From the NCBI GenBank assembly GCA_044226015.1, contig JBGAHS010000001.1, forward strand, positions 672,001-736,000: DNA of 64,000 nucleotides, written 5' to 3'. Source of the DNA: Candidatus Obscuribacteraceae bacterium (GTDB lineage Bacteria; Cyanobacteriota; Vampirovibrionia; Obscuribacterales; Obscuribacteraceae). This document shows, one piece after another, positions 20,447-30,291 of this stretch. The notes below the pieces were generated by a model, which saw only the letters and a list, made by a program, of their open reading frames with translations, had not been told where the DNA came from and did not search any database. Position numbers and translations under genes: made by a program. Position 1 is the first letter of the stretch, and every line of letters begins with the position of its first letter.

Positions 20447-20668
20447 TTATTTCTCAGCGCCTGCTTTTTCAAGCTTCTTATAGCGCTTGACGAAGCGGTC
20501 TACACGCCCTTCTGTGTCAACAATCTTCTGCTGACCGGTGTAATAGGGGTGGCAGCTGCTGCAAATTTCAACTCTTATCTGATTTTTGGTTGATCCGAGT
20601 TCAACCTTGTTGCCGCAAACGCAGACTGCGACAACTTCACCGTACTTCGGATGAATACCTTCCTTCAT
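20447..20668 (-). CDS. rpmE: 50S ribosomal protein L31 (zinc-binding form)
   Basis: [29 protein letters not shown]. Confidence 0.98.
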   Translation of the reverse strand: MKEGIHPKYGEVVAVCVCGNKVELGSTKNQIRVEICSSCHPYYTGQQKIVDTEGRVDRFVKRYKKLEKAGAEK

Positions 20669-20913
20669 CTCAAACCTTCAATGTATAAGGAAACGAAAAT
20701 AGCGCCTGAAGGACGCCAGAGCATGATCTTAGCAGATATATGCCAGGAGTAAAGCAAAGTATTAACGCAGAAGTTACCACTTCGGCGGCTTGGACGCTTT
20801 ACCAGTGTCGATAGTAAGGATAGTAAACCTTCCCCTGATCGCTGGCATCTCCCACTGGGCATGGATACAAATCAGGACTCAAGGTAGGCTCCTGCCAGCG
20901 CTCCGGCGATGGA

Positions 20914-21480
20914 TCACTGGTTAATTGGTTGGTGAACTTCAAGCCCTTCGCCAGGTGTCATGGTCAGTCTCTGCCCTTCAACATTCAAATAGACCGGTTC
21001 TTTGCTTTCGATTGATTTCACCGTGCGGGCGATTTGTTCAACTCTGGTTTGAATTGAGTCACCACTGCCATTGGCCGAAAAGCGGTGAGATAGGTTCAGT
21101 TCGATTGCACCATTTGCTTCGTTCATACCGAGCAGAATGGTTCCGCGCGGTATTTCACTTCCCAAACCAGTAGCGCATTCTTCTGCCGTTGGTCCATCAA
21201 GCAGTGCGCGAACCGCTGTTTCAAGTTTGTTCTTCCTGAGAATTCCTGCTTTGCGTTTGATTTGTACCAGGTCTAAGTTACCGTTATCGGACTTCACAAA
21301 GCACAAGTTGAAGACGCTATCTGATGCCGATTCCTCCAACGTATGAACCGGGTCTTGAAGTATCGTATGAGTGAAGCTGCATGAGCTAACAAATGCGATA
21401 CTGCTCAAAATCGAGACTACGGATGCCACAGCTTTGTGCTTGCCGGGGGGGAAGTGCCCCGCTAAAGTGTGTTTTGTCAT
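20914..21480 (-). CDS. GerMN-domain protein, possibly a lipoprotein
   Basis: ALLDGPT..E...GLGSEIPRGT.LL, LNLS..F...GSG, QIART, VYLNVEG. Confidence 0.85.
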   Translation of the reverse strand: MTKHTLAGHFPPGKHKAVASVVSILSSIAFVSSCSFTHTILQDPVHTLEESASDSVFNLCFVKSDNGNLDLVQIKRKAGILRKNKLETAVRALLDGPTAEECATGLGSEIPRGTILLGMNEANGAIELNLSHRFSANGSGDSIQTRVEQIARTVKSIESKEPVYLNVEGQRLTMTPGEGLEVHQPINQ

Positions 21481-21503
21481 CGAATTTTCTTTCTAGTTGC
21501 AGT

Positions 21504-22676
21504 TTATCTGCTGGCGTTTTCTGCAGGTTTTTGTTCCGCAGGCACCGGCTTTGGTACCAGTAATAGCTTACCTGCAAATTGCACATTTTGCTCACCAAGT
21601 TGAAATTTCGTAAGTCGAAATGCATGAGTCTTTCGGTCGAACTTTCCAACGTCCAATAAAGGATTCAGTAGGTCTTCGCTAAATTTGGAGAACTCAGCCG
21701 GGTTCATTATGTCCTTCGAATCGACCGTTGTCTCCTTCAAGAAAATGAACCGTTCACCATCCAGGTATGGCTTGGCGACTATATCGAGAGTGATACCTGT
21801 TTCTTTTGGAGCATTAGCTGTTATCAGCCAGGTGTTGATTTTGACTTTGCCGTTTTCAATTTTGACCTTGGGTTCTAAGACCTGCAAATGCTGGTCGCCC
21901 AGACCTGGAAGTTGCAAGCGCAAAAAGTTTAGTTGCGATGAAATCTCAGGGCTTTGCAGTGCTCTTGAAACATCCTTTTCATCTACCTGTCCAGAGACTG
22001 CCACCATGACCGGTGCCCCGACTCCTGCTGCCCCCTTTGAGGTCCTAAACAAACGGACCTGTAAAGGTGTGGTGGTTTCTAGTTTCAGGTCTGCAATTGG
22101 GATCTTCCGGTAAGAGCAATGATTCAGGTCAATCGAAACTGACTTGAATTTGCCGGCGAGGCAGTCGCTCATCGCATATATTTTGAAACGTACCTTCGGA
22201 CGACCATGCAGAAAAAGTTTGGCGCTTATTGAACTGCCCAGGTTCAAGCTTGTTTCTGTTAGCCAATTTAGTCCAGAATACTTTTGGACGTTGCGGCTGA
22301 TTTTTCCTGATACATGAAATGGTGGTGCTAGCTCAGCGCTGGGGGCTGCCTTCTGCTCTGAGGAACTGGATTGCACGCCAGGCTCGGAAGCTAACAGCAT
22401 GCTTTGGTCATCTTCAAGAGAAAATGTGGACTTTGAATCGCAGATTGATGAGAAATTTCGCTCTGTCTTTTCTCTGCAAAAGCAGTCTATATGAGAATTC
22501 ACGGCGAGCTGCGTTACGCTATGTGAATGATTGCTGCTCTCTTCGACTAATTTAATTGTTGACTCATAAGCTGTTGTCGAGGAGAGCCCGGAAGCTTCTC
22601 CTGCAGTAGTGCTAGTGCTGGCTAAAACACCCAGCACCACTTGTGATATCAACAATGAAACGAGGAATTCGTGCAT
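21504..22676 (-). CDS. DUF2993/LmeA-like lipid-binding protein
   Basis: N-terminal hydrophobic segment, LAGKFKSVSI, VDEKDVSRAL, terminal beta-strand pattern. Confidence 0.55.
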   Translation of the reverse strand: MHEFLVSLLISQVVLGVLASTSTTAGEASGLSSTTAYESTIKLVEESSNHSHSVTQLAVNSHIDCFCREKTERNFSSICDSKSTFSLEDDQSMLLASEPGVQSSSSEQKAAPSAELAPPFHVSGKISRNVQKYSGLNWLTETSLNLGSSISAKLFLHGRPKVRFKIYAMSDCLAGKFKSVSIDLNHCSYRKIPIADLKLETTTPLQVRLFRTSKGAAGVGAPVMVAVSGQVDEKDVSRALQSPEISSQLNFLRLQLPGLGDQHLQVLEPKVKIENGKVKINTWLITANAPKETGITLDIVAKPYLDGERFIFLKETTVDSKDIMNPAEFSKFSEDLLNPLLDVGKFDRKTHAFRLTKFQLGEQNVQFAGKLLLVPKPVPAEQKPAENASR

Positions 22677-22764
22677 AACGCTTGCTTCTTGACTTGATTG
22701 AGCATAGCAGAATTATGTCTTTGCATAAAAGGAAAGACAAGCCAAAATCTCATTTGTAAAGCGC

Positions 22765-23679
22765 TTACTTGCCTTCGGTTGAAGGACCCTTCATCTTTTC
22801 GTTGAGCGCTTCCTTGAGCAGCTCGTTCTGCTTCAACAAAGCCTTTAAGTGCTCATTGGCAATGGCTAATTCCGCCTGCAACTCAGCTACGGTTTGCTCA
22901 TAGGTCACGCCAGTTACAGGGTCTCTTCCTGGCATCTTAGGCAGGAGGACGTAGCCAAGTTGAACGGCCTTCAAAGCTGCAGCCGTTCTTGTTGGAACTT
23001 TCAATTTAGCAAGAATACACTCGATATGCTTTTCAACTGTTCTCAGTTTCATATCTAATTCTTCGGCGATCTCTTTATTACGCAAGTCAAGACGAATCAA
23101 GACCTCGATTTCTCGATCGGTCAGATTCGTGTTGGGCATCGCGTTGGCTGGCGTTTGCTTCACCAATTGAGTGATTTTGGGGTCACAATAAGGCAAGCCC
23201 CTCGTTACCTGATCAATCGCGTCAAAAAGAGTTCTGGGACCAGAACTCTTCAAGCAGAATCCGCGTACACCAGCCCTTATCAGCTGATTGTGGTACTTGG
23301 TCGCGTGATATGAGTCGGTCAGAATTAGTAAATTAGTTTGTGGCATTTCAGTCGTAATGCGACGAGCCACTTCGACCCCATTCAGGATATCTAAATCGAC
23401 ATCCAGTATTACGAATTGTGGGTTGAGTCGTCTGATAATTTCGGTCGCAGCCATACCGTCGGAAGCTTCACCGATAATTTCAAGAACTTCGGAGACAACT
23501 CTTTTCAACCCGAAACGGATGAGCTCATGACGCTCGCAGACTACTGTCTTGGGGCGGAAACTTGAACCACGAGAAGGTAAACCGGATTCCAACGAAAACT
23601 CCAATTTTTTGTACTCTACAAGTAGAACTTCTGAAATGATCTCAGCTTGACAAAGTTTTGTCCGCGCTAATTCTATCAA
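22765..23679 (-). CDS. NarL/FixJ-family response regulator (receiver plus LuxR HTH) with coiled-coil tail
   Basis: IIGEASDG, VILDVDL..LNGVE, ILT, FCLKSS. HTH LTDREIEVL...NKEIAEEL...TVEKHIECILAKL. Start uncertain. Confidence 0.9.
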   Translation of the reverse strand: MIELARTKLCQAEIISEVLLVEYKKLEFSLESGLPSRGSSFRPKTVVCERHELIRFGLKRVVSEVLEIIGEASDGMAATEIIRRLNPQFVILDVDLDILNGVEVARRITTEMPQTNLLILTDSYHATKYHNQLIRAGVRGFCLKSSGPRTLFDAIDQVTRGLPYCDPKITQLVKQTPANAMPNTNLTDREIEVLIRLDLRNKEIAEELDMKLRTVEKHIECILAKLKVPTRTAAALKAVQLGYVLLPKMPGRDPVTGVTYEQTVAELQAELAIANEHLKALLKQNELLKEALNEKMKGPSTEGK

Positions 23680-24039
23680 TTCTTGAAGCGCAGTGTAACG
23701 GTTCTGAAAGTCCGCATGAGAGCAAACTTACGCAATTGCGTTCTGTTCGTCAAGAGTTGAGCTGTTTCTTGCTGTCTAAAATCGCGTTGTCAGGTGATCT
23801 TGCCCTATGTTTTCAAGTGTAATTGTAAGCTTGGGTCATCCTTATCCATCATAAGTTTTGAGAGTTCTCACCATGATTTCAAGGTGTTGCCTGTCATGAC
23901 TTGCCGGGGTACTATGGGTGGTGCTTACTAACTTGTAGCGATTTGTCTAAACAATGATTTCGCTAGCAAGCGGTGTACTAAAAGACGCCATCACCTTTAC
24001 TAACTTTCTCGGCCTTAGTGCCGCTGGAGACGGAGTACG

Positions 24040-25485
24040 ATGAAGACCACGTTGCTGCAAAAGGCTCAAAGGGCGAGTTCGCTTATGTTCGCTCTCTCTC
24101 TGCTAATGCAACCAGCCTTAGCACAGTCAACCCCTTCACTCGCTCCGAGAGCGACTAACATTCCGACCGTCAGCCCATCGGTGGCTCCGCAGAGTACCAT
24201 TCTGCCGACTGACACTCTGCCACTACCGGCAGTGCAGAACCGCATGACCTTCGCAGAGAATTTGCAGCTTCGCATTTTGCAAAAATTACCAGCCCGATTT
24301 TATTTCAATGCCACTTGCGAAACTTCGGTTCGTGATGAAACGAACCCATTTCAGTTTCCTAAAAAAGCATCTCTGATGCGTCAGCTTCCTCCTCCCACTA
24401 TCTGGCGATTACTCAGCTACACACAGCAGCAGCAGCTGTATGATACTGTCGGATTGGTAGCAAGAAATGACGCTGTGTTCCGTGTACTACCTAACATCAC
24501 GGCGGGGTGGACTCTGACCCCACGCACGCGTTTGTATGGTAACTACTTCATGATTCGCGACCAATTGGCTCACGAAATCAGAATCAACACAGTAATTCAC
24601 TCAATAGGTGTTGGTATTCAGCAAGACATTCCCGTGACATCACGAGGAAATTTGCAAGCTGAATTTCAGTTCCGTGAACTTTATTCATTGCACCAACAGT
24701 CAGTTTTCGACTTCTTGCCTGGTCTGACCTTGTCTTATGTGCTGACACCACGCATAGTGCTATTCACTAATGCCCTCATGCAGATGCGCGGTAAGGCCTT
24801 TTTCCAGGCTCCAACAAAAGAGTTAGACCCCTTCTTCACATGGGGCGGACTCTATCAGAAAAATGGTTGGACTTTCTCTGCGTCCACTACCTTTGTGCAG
24901 AACTTCCGGGAGCCTTTCGTTCATAATTCAACAATTCCAGTAAACAACTATTCCTTCATTTCTGACTTTGAAATTGCCAGACGCGTAATTAAGCAGTTGC
25001 CTGGTTTGCAAGCCTTCGTCAGAGCTGAGCCAATTTGGAACTTCCACGGAAAGAACAAGCCAGGCTTGTCCGGTATGGACTTTCGTGTTTTCTTTGGCAT
25101 GAGAATGTCTATGGCTAAGCCTGCCTTGACAGGGGCTCTTGAGCAGCTCAAGCAGCAGCTTGAAGAACAAGAACTCGAGCAACCAGATCCAGGTCAAAAG
25201 AAACCAGGCAGCGAAACTAAGCCATCTGCTCTTATACCGGCTCATGAGCTCATTGCATCAAGCCCTCAACCAATGCATGGTTTCTTGAATGCTCAGGGCA
25301 AGGAAGATGCCGAAGGCCCAATGCAGGAGTTTGCAAATCAGAGTGAGGACCCTCTAGCTGGTCCAGCCACCAATCAATTTGCAGATCAAATTGGTCAAAG
25401 CGCACCAGTTGATCCAGCCAATGAAACTGCAGCACTGATACCAGATCAGACTTCTGTTGGAGCAATGCCAGTTAGCCTGCACTAA
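24040..25485 (+). CDS. Secreted protein, probable outer-membrane beta-barrel with acidic C-terminal tail
   Basis: Signal peptide ending ALA. Run of amphipathic, aromatic-edged strands (LPNITAGWTL, FLPGLTLSYVL, FRVFFGMRMSM). GGAG RBS. Confidence 0.6.
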   Translation: MKTTLLQKAQRASSLMFALSLLMQPALAQSTPSLAPRATNIPTVSPSVAPQSTILPTDTLPLPAVQNRMTFAENLQLRILQKLPARFYFNATCETSVRDETNPFQFPKKASLMRQLPPPTIWRLLSYTQQQQLYDTVGLVARNDAVFRVLPNITAGWTLTPRTRLYGNYFMIRDQLAHEIRINTVIHSIGVGIQQDIPVTSRGNLQAEFQFRELYSLHQQSVFDFLPGLTLSYVLTPRIVLFTNALMQMRGKAFFQAPTKELDPFFTWGGLYQKNGWTFSASTTFVQNFREPFVHNSTIPVNNYSFISDFEIARRVIKQLPGLQAFVRAEPIWNFHGKNKPGLSGMDFRVFFGMRMSMAKPALTGALEQLKQQLEEQELEQPDPGQKKPGSETKPSALIPAHELIASSPQPMHGFLNAQGKEDAEGPMQEFANQSEDPLAGPATNQFADQIGQSAPVDPANETAALIPDQTSVGAMPVSLH

Positions 25486-25528
25486 ACAAGTACAAGTTAA
25501 ACTCAGTTTTGTCTTTTATTTGGAGCAA

Positions 25529-28500
25529 CTAAACTGGGCGCAGCTTGTTTGAGATTGGTCTCTTAACAAGTCTTCCGATTTTGCTTGAAAGGTCTTTGAC
25601 CACTCCAGTGATTCCGGCCTTTATAGGCATGTCCTGGTGGTTTGCGCGTGTCGGAACGCCAGCTGCAACAGGCATGTCTTGATGGTTGTTGCGAGCAGGA
25701 ATTCCTACTGCCAGCGGAATATCTTGCTGATTTGCTCTCAACGGAGCACCGGCTGCGATAGGCATATCTTGTTGATTTGCGCGTACTCTTGCCGCTGCAG
25801 AACTTGGGATGTCCTGCTGATTGTTGCGTATGCGTGATGCGTTTGCAACTGGCATGTCTTGATGATTTCCGAAAAGACCGCCGATGATGAGTTCTGGAAG
25901 TCTCATCTTTTCAGGCTTATGAGCTTTCGCAGGCTTTTGTGTGGATGAATTTGTGCTCGACTGTTCGGCTTCTGTGCCACCGCTGACGGTGCCCAAATAG
26001 CTGTCGAGTAATTCGCGATCAATGGTTGTTTCACTCACAACTGTCACGAGATTGTCTATGTTGAAATCTCTTTGGAGAGTGTTGAGGAAAGTGGTGATTT
26101 CTTCAGCTTCTGGAAGCTCGAGAACCTGTCTGCTCTTAAGTTCAACGATTCTCTTGCCGTCAATATTCTCTTCACGAATGTTGGCGCCGTTCAGGTCTGC
26201 AATCAGCCAGGCTATTGCCTGGTTTTGATAAAGCGATTCTGCAATTGATTGCAGTGTTTCGCCTTCGCTGACCATGTGTGTGCGGCGATGAAGAATTTTG
26301 TGAGCATCGAGATTTGGAGCAACGGTTCCGATTTGTTCGCCGGTTTCCGGGTCAACAAGCATGAGTTCATTTCTTACTTTTGCTGCGCCGCCCATGGCTA
26401 TAACTGCCGCTATGGTGAGTTCGACACCCGTTAAATATCTCTTGTTTTTGTCAGCGCCGAATTCTCTGATGCGGCGAATGGGGAGTCCGTTTTCATCGAC
26501 GCCATCTTCATATTCAAGTTGAGCTAACTCAGCATTGCTGATACCAACAACTCCTTGTGTGTCTACCTTGTTTGTCAGAACTTGACCATGGATGTCGACC
26601 GGGCGTCCCTTTGCGTCAACCAGAACCCCATCGACCTTTTCGATATTCATTTTGCCAGCAGGCAATTCATTGCTTTTGTGATTAGCCAGCAAGGTGTCAG
26701 CTAGATGCTTGCCACCATTTACGGTGTCAAGGTTGAACTGCGTTTTGCCATTGACCAACTCAGAGGAAACTATGCCTTTTTCTGTGAGCGTTGCCATGCT
26801 GGCATCTTTTCTGGCGATAATGGTGCCATCTTCTGCTCTAACAATAACTTTGCCAGCTTCAATATTGAGCTGTCCGTTTAGATTGCCACGCTCTTGTAGT
26901 CCCGCTGCTGTGACTGCTGCCGTTTTTTCTCCAACTAGCAAAACGCGATCTGAAAGTCCTGCTACTGATGTTGAGGTGACTGCCAGTTTGTCAGCCATGA
27001 TTGATGTGGCTAGCGGCTTTTCCGAGAGTGAAAAGGCGGTTCTTTCCGTGTTGCTTATGCCTAGCATGGCAGCAATATTCTTTTCCACAGCGATCAAGTT
27101 AACCTTGTCTGTAGCAGCCAAGGTGTTAAGTGCAATTGCTTTGCCAGTTGTGGGGTCAATTTCGCTTCCCGTTGAAATTCTGGCAAACGATGGCAATGTG
27201 AGTTCTCTGCCTGCGCCGATGACGTTTTGCACTGATTTGTCAGCGCTTGCAACGTTTTGCAATGGAATACTCAGATCTACTGGTCTGGCTCGGTGGTCAT
27301 CTGTGTCAAGCGCCACTTTTCCTGCCTCGCTGCGAACAAGCTGCGACGGCTCAACGGAAGCAACCCGCGCAGGTTCCTGCGCTGATTGTGCTTTGCCTAA
27401 ATCTATGGTGTTAAACGATGTTCGTTCGACGTTGTTGGAAGCTGCAATTGTTCTGTCACTCTGTCGCACGTCTGCGAAATCTCGCACGTCACGGCTTGAA
27501 CCAGCCAGTGTGCTTGATTCTCTTTCTCGCCCAGCACTTTGTTCTCTGGAAAAATCGCGGCTAGAGGAAGCTTGCTCGGTTCTTGAAGCCGAATTCAGCG
27601 CTGCGTTATTCTCGGTTCTAGCTGCCAGGTCTACTCTGCCACCGGCAGTGGTGTCGCGGAAGCCGAGATCTCTTGTTGCCACATCTTTGCCTGGGTCGGC
27701 AGTTTTGAACTGCGGCAACTCCACCTTAGCTGCTTGGTCAGAGCCAACTTGCGGCCTGAAATCGGCAACCGCTGGTCTTCCGTCAGGTGCTTTCGTGCTG
27801 AAATCAGCGAGGTGCGGACCTTCCGAATTCTTTGAGTCAGAGCTCTTGAAATCTGCTCTAATCTCAGGTGCTTTCAGTTCTGATGATTTGAAATCGACTC
27901 TGGCAGGTTCGTTTGATTTAGCCGCAAAGTCAACTCGTCCTGTCGGAAGTGAGCCATTTTGCTTGGCTTCATCAATTGAACACGCGCCCGGTTTTCCATT
28001 GTAGCCATTCAGTTGATCGAGAAGTCCGGTCGATTTCTCTGTCTGGTTGTTAGAGCGCATGTCTGCAGCTGCAACATTTTTTTGTACTTCGCTTGTTCTC
28101 AATCCCAAGTCAGTACGAATGGCTGGGTCGAGTTTCGATGAGTCAATTTTGAAAGATGGTTCCACCCGCAATCCGTCAAAACGATCTTGCAGTTTCTGCC
28201 CGTCTTCTGGTTTTACTTCTGTATTGCGCGAGCCGATCTGAAAGCCATTTTGTCTGGCTTCTTCAACGGTGCACGGTCCTACTTTTGAATTGCCACTTTG
28301 AAGTTGTTCAATGAGTGACGGTCCATTTGAACCGGTCGAACGTTCTACTTTGGATGACTCGTCTTTTGGAACGTTCAACGCATCGCTTTTAGATGCTCTG
28401 TTGATTTGATCGTTGGTTGAAACTTGAACTGCTGCATCAATCTTGAAACCATTTTGTTTGGCTTCTTCTATGGTGCAAGGACCAACTTTGTTGTTTCCCT

Positions 28501-29221
28501 GGCTCAGTTGCTCGATCAATGATGGTGTTTCTGATTTGCGTACTTGCTGCTCAGCTGCGGCAGTTTGACTAGCTGTTTTCATGCTTTCGATGTTGAAACC
28601 ATTTTGTTTGGCTTCTTCCACGGTGCAAGCGCCGCGTTTTACTTCGCAATTGTTCAACTGGTCGAGCAGTGAAGGAGAGGTGTTGGTTTGTGTTTGCGTC
28701 ACCTGCACATCGCTTCTGCCGGCTGCGATCAAGCTGCGCTCGTCGACAGGAGCCTTGGCTGGCGTTTCTGCTTTCGCCATCGCCATTGCTCCTGCTGAAG
28801 CTGTCGCTGTTACTTCTATTGTTCCAGATTTACCTGGAACTTCTGTATTTTTGTTTGAGTCAGTCTTAACCGCGTTGAACAGCGCTTGTTGTCCTTCTGA
28901 AGGACGTGTACCCAATCTATCAGCGAAGGTCGGAATCGTGGTGGTCACTTCGCCACTGTTGGAAAGCCTGTGCTCATCGGAATTGTGAATGAATGCTGAG
29001 CTGACACCATTTTCAGTGCCTGGACGCTTGAGTCCTGCATTCTTTAATTCGCTAGTGATTAGATCGTCTTTTGTCCCGCCAGTCAGCCGATTGAGAACAG
29101 AGGACGCGAACGCTTCAGCGGTCATTCTCAAACTGGCTTCTGTGCCGACAGCCTTATCTGTGCTCTGAGGTCTTTCGCCCTCAGTAGCTTCAGTTTTTGC
29201 TTTGTGTTTGCTGTCGTCCAT
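25529..29221 (-). CDS. Large repetitive protein with a LysM-like domain
   Basis: 1230 aa. RTHMVSEGETLQSIAESLY...WLIADLN...VLELP is LysM-like. Two internal repeat families. Confidence 0.75.
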   Translation of the reverse strand: MDDSKHKAKTEATEGERPQSTDKAVGTEASLRMTAEAFASSVLNRLTGGTKDDLITSELKNAGLKRPGTENGVSSAFIHNSDEHRLSNSGEVTTTIPTFADRLGTRPSEGQQALFNAVKTDSNKNTEVPGKSGTIEVTATASAGAMAMAKAETPAKAPVDERSLIAAGRSDVQVTQTQTNTSPSLLDQLNNCEVKRGACTVEEAKQNGFNIESMKTASQTAAAEQQVRKSETPSLIEQLSQGNNKVGPCTIEEAKQNGFKIDAAVQVSTNDQINRASKSDALNVPKDESSKVERSTGSNGPSLIEQLQSGNSKVGPCTVEEARQNGFQIGSRNTEVKPEDGQKLQDRFDGLRVEPSFKIDSSKLDPAIRTDLGLRTSEVQKNVAAADMRSNNQTEKSTGLLDQLNGYNGKPGACSIDEAKQNGSLPTGRVDFAAKSNEPARVDFKSSELKAPEIRADFKSSDSKNSEGPHLADFSTKAPDGRPAVADFRPQVGSDQAAKVELPQFKTADPGKDVATRDLGFRDTTAGGRVDLAARTENNAALNSASRTEQASSSRDFSREQSAGRERESSTLAGSSRDVRDFADVRQSDRTIAASNNVERTSFNTIDLGKAQSAQEPARVASVEPSQLVRSEAGKVALDTDDHRARPVDLSIPLQNVASADKSVQNVIGAGRELTLPSFARISTGSEIDPTTGKAIALNTLAATDKVNLIAVEKNIAAMLGISNTERTAFSLSEKPLATSIMADKLAVTSTSVAGLSDRVLLVGEKTAAVTAAGLQERGNLNGQLNIEAGKVIVRAEDGTIIARKDASMATLTEKGIVSSELVNGKTQFNLDTVNGGKHLADTLLANHKSNELPAGKMNIEKVDGVLVDAKGRPVDIHGQVLTNKVDTQGVVGISNAELAQLEYEDGVDENGLPIRRIREFGADKNKRYLTGVELTIAAVIAMGGAAKVRNELMLVDPETGEQIGTVAPNLDAHKILHRRTHMVSEGETLQSIAESLYQNQAIAWLIADLNGANIREENIDGKRIVELKSRQVLELPEAEEITTFLNTLQRDFNIDNLVTVVSETTIDRELLDSYLGTVSGGTEAEQSSTNSSTQKPAKAHKPEKMRLPELIIGGLFGNHQDMPVANASRIRNNQQDIPSSAAARVRANQQDMPIAAGAPLRANQQDIPLAVGIPARNNHQDMPVAAGVPTRANHQDMPIKAGITGVVKDLSSKIGRLVKRPISNKLRPV
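25617..25867 (-). repeat. About six copies of a 15-aa coding repeat N[HQ]QD[MI]P...
   Basis: NHQDMPVANASRIRN / NQQDIPSSAAARVRA / NQQDMPIAAGAPLRA / NQQDIPLAVGIPARN / NHQDMPVAAGVPTRA / NHQDMPIKAG. Confidence 0.9.
27945..28680 (-). repeat. Four dispersed copies of a ~30-aa Cys-containing motif
   Basis: SLLDQLNNCEVKRGACTVEEAKQNGF, SLIEQLSQGNNKVGPCTIEEAKQNGF, SLIEQLQSGNSKVGPCTVEEARQNGF, GLLDQLNGYNGKPGACSIDEAKQNGS. Confidence 0.9.
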
Positions 29222-29490
29222 AAAAAATATTGGCTCAAATCAGGACGGAATCTAATTGTGTTTGCTACTTACGAATCTGATAACTCTTCAATCAAATAAA
29301 CCTATTCACTGGTAGTTTATGCGGTCTATTAACGTGGGTTAAGGGTTTTATCGACAGTAAGAAGTGCACAAATCTGCAGTTGTATTTCTAGTGGCCCAGC
29401 GCGAAACTAATCAATAATTCTTTTGCTGGACCACAACTGCAGTCTATTGATATTGGGTAAAATTTTTGTGGAACGCTATGGGCAAAATAC

Positions 29491-30156
29491 ATGGACAAGG
29501 TTAAATCTGCGCTGAGCCCTCAATTTTTATTTTGGCGAGGTTCTGCTGGCTGTTTTTCGAGCCGAAGCAATTTAATCTGCCTTGTATCACTTTCGTTCTT
29601 CTTATCTATAGGAAGCTGCCTGGCCGAGAACTCAAATGAAAGTGTTCCAGCTAAGGGCGAGATTAATTCTCTGGCTTCATCTAATACTGAGACTGTTGAT
29701 GCAGCCATCAGCTCGTCGGCAGAGCCAAGAGCCGTTGAAGTGGAAAAATGGGACTTTGGAGTCGTGACAGATAGAAGTGGAGCAACGAAAGATTGGAAGT
29801 TGCACCCTGTTGTTCTAATTCCCAACCTGGCAGGCGTTCAGTATGGATGGAAAATAAAGACCAATTCTCAGCTGCCAATTTTCGTTCGTGAGGAATTTAC
29901 CTTGCCAGAACCACCGAGCACCTGGAAGTTGCGGCAAGGTGGAACCAGCGAATTAAAAAATGGCGGAGAGCAGTGTATTCTTGAGAGTTTTCAGTCAACA
30001 GATGATGGCTGGATCGGTCACGCATGGACAGCATCGCATGGTGACCCTCCGGGCAAGTATGAAATTAAGGTCTGGGTGAACGGAAAACTAGCCCACGATT
30101 TTCTATTCAATGTGGGGGAGCCGCCACAGCTGGAAAACAGCTCTAGAGATTGGTGA
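29491..30156 (+). CDS. Hypothetical exported beta-rich protein
   Basis: Signal-like segment, Trp-rich, C-terminal DPPGKYEIKVWVNG..F.FNV typical of Ig-like sandwiches. Confidence 0.65.
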   Translation: MDKVKSALSPQFLFWRGSAGCFSSRSNLICLVSLSFFLSIGSCLAENSNESVPAKGEINSLASSNTETVDAAISSSAEPRAVEVEKWDFGVVTDRSGATKDWKLHPVVLIPNLAGVQYGWKIKTNSQLPIFVREEFTLPEPPSTWKLRQGGTSELKNGGEQCILESFQSTDDGWIGHAWTASHGDPPGKYEIKVWVNGKLAHDFLFNVGEPPQLENSSRDW

Positions 30157-30208
30157 TCAAGCCCTGTTAGCAGAATTTAGCTTTTTCATGGGAAAATTAC
30201 GAAACCGA

Positions 30209-30246
30209 TGGGACAAACCCCAATTGTCCCACGCGTGTATATAACT
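30209..30246 (+). promoter_or_regulatory. 8-7-8 palindrome next to a -10-like TATAAC, upstream of the TPR/rpoB-paralog operon
   Basis: TGGGACAA-N7-TTGTCCCA at 30209-30231, followed by TATATAACT. Confidence 0.35.
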
Positions 30247-30291
30247 TAAGCTGTGCTCATTCTTCCGGATTTCTCTCGTCCGAGTTGGCAA

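Noticed and set aside
20669..20913. tRNA or known ncRNA upstream of rpmE
   Set aside because: No cloverleaf, T-loop GTTC motif or recognisable Rfam-like pattern by eye.
26694..28004. 436-aa plus-strand ORF
   Set aside because: Antisense shadow of the 1230-aa minus-strand gene; Ser/Leu/Ala-rich with no motifs.
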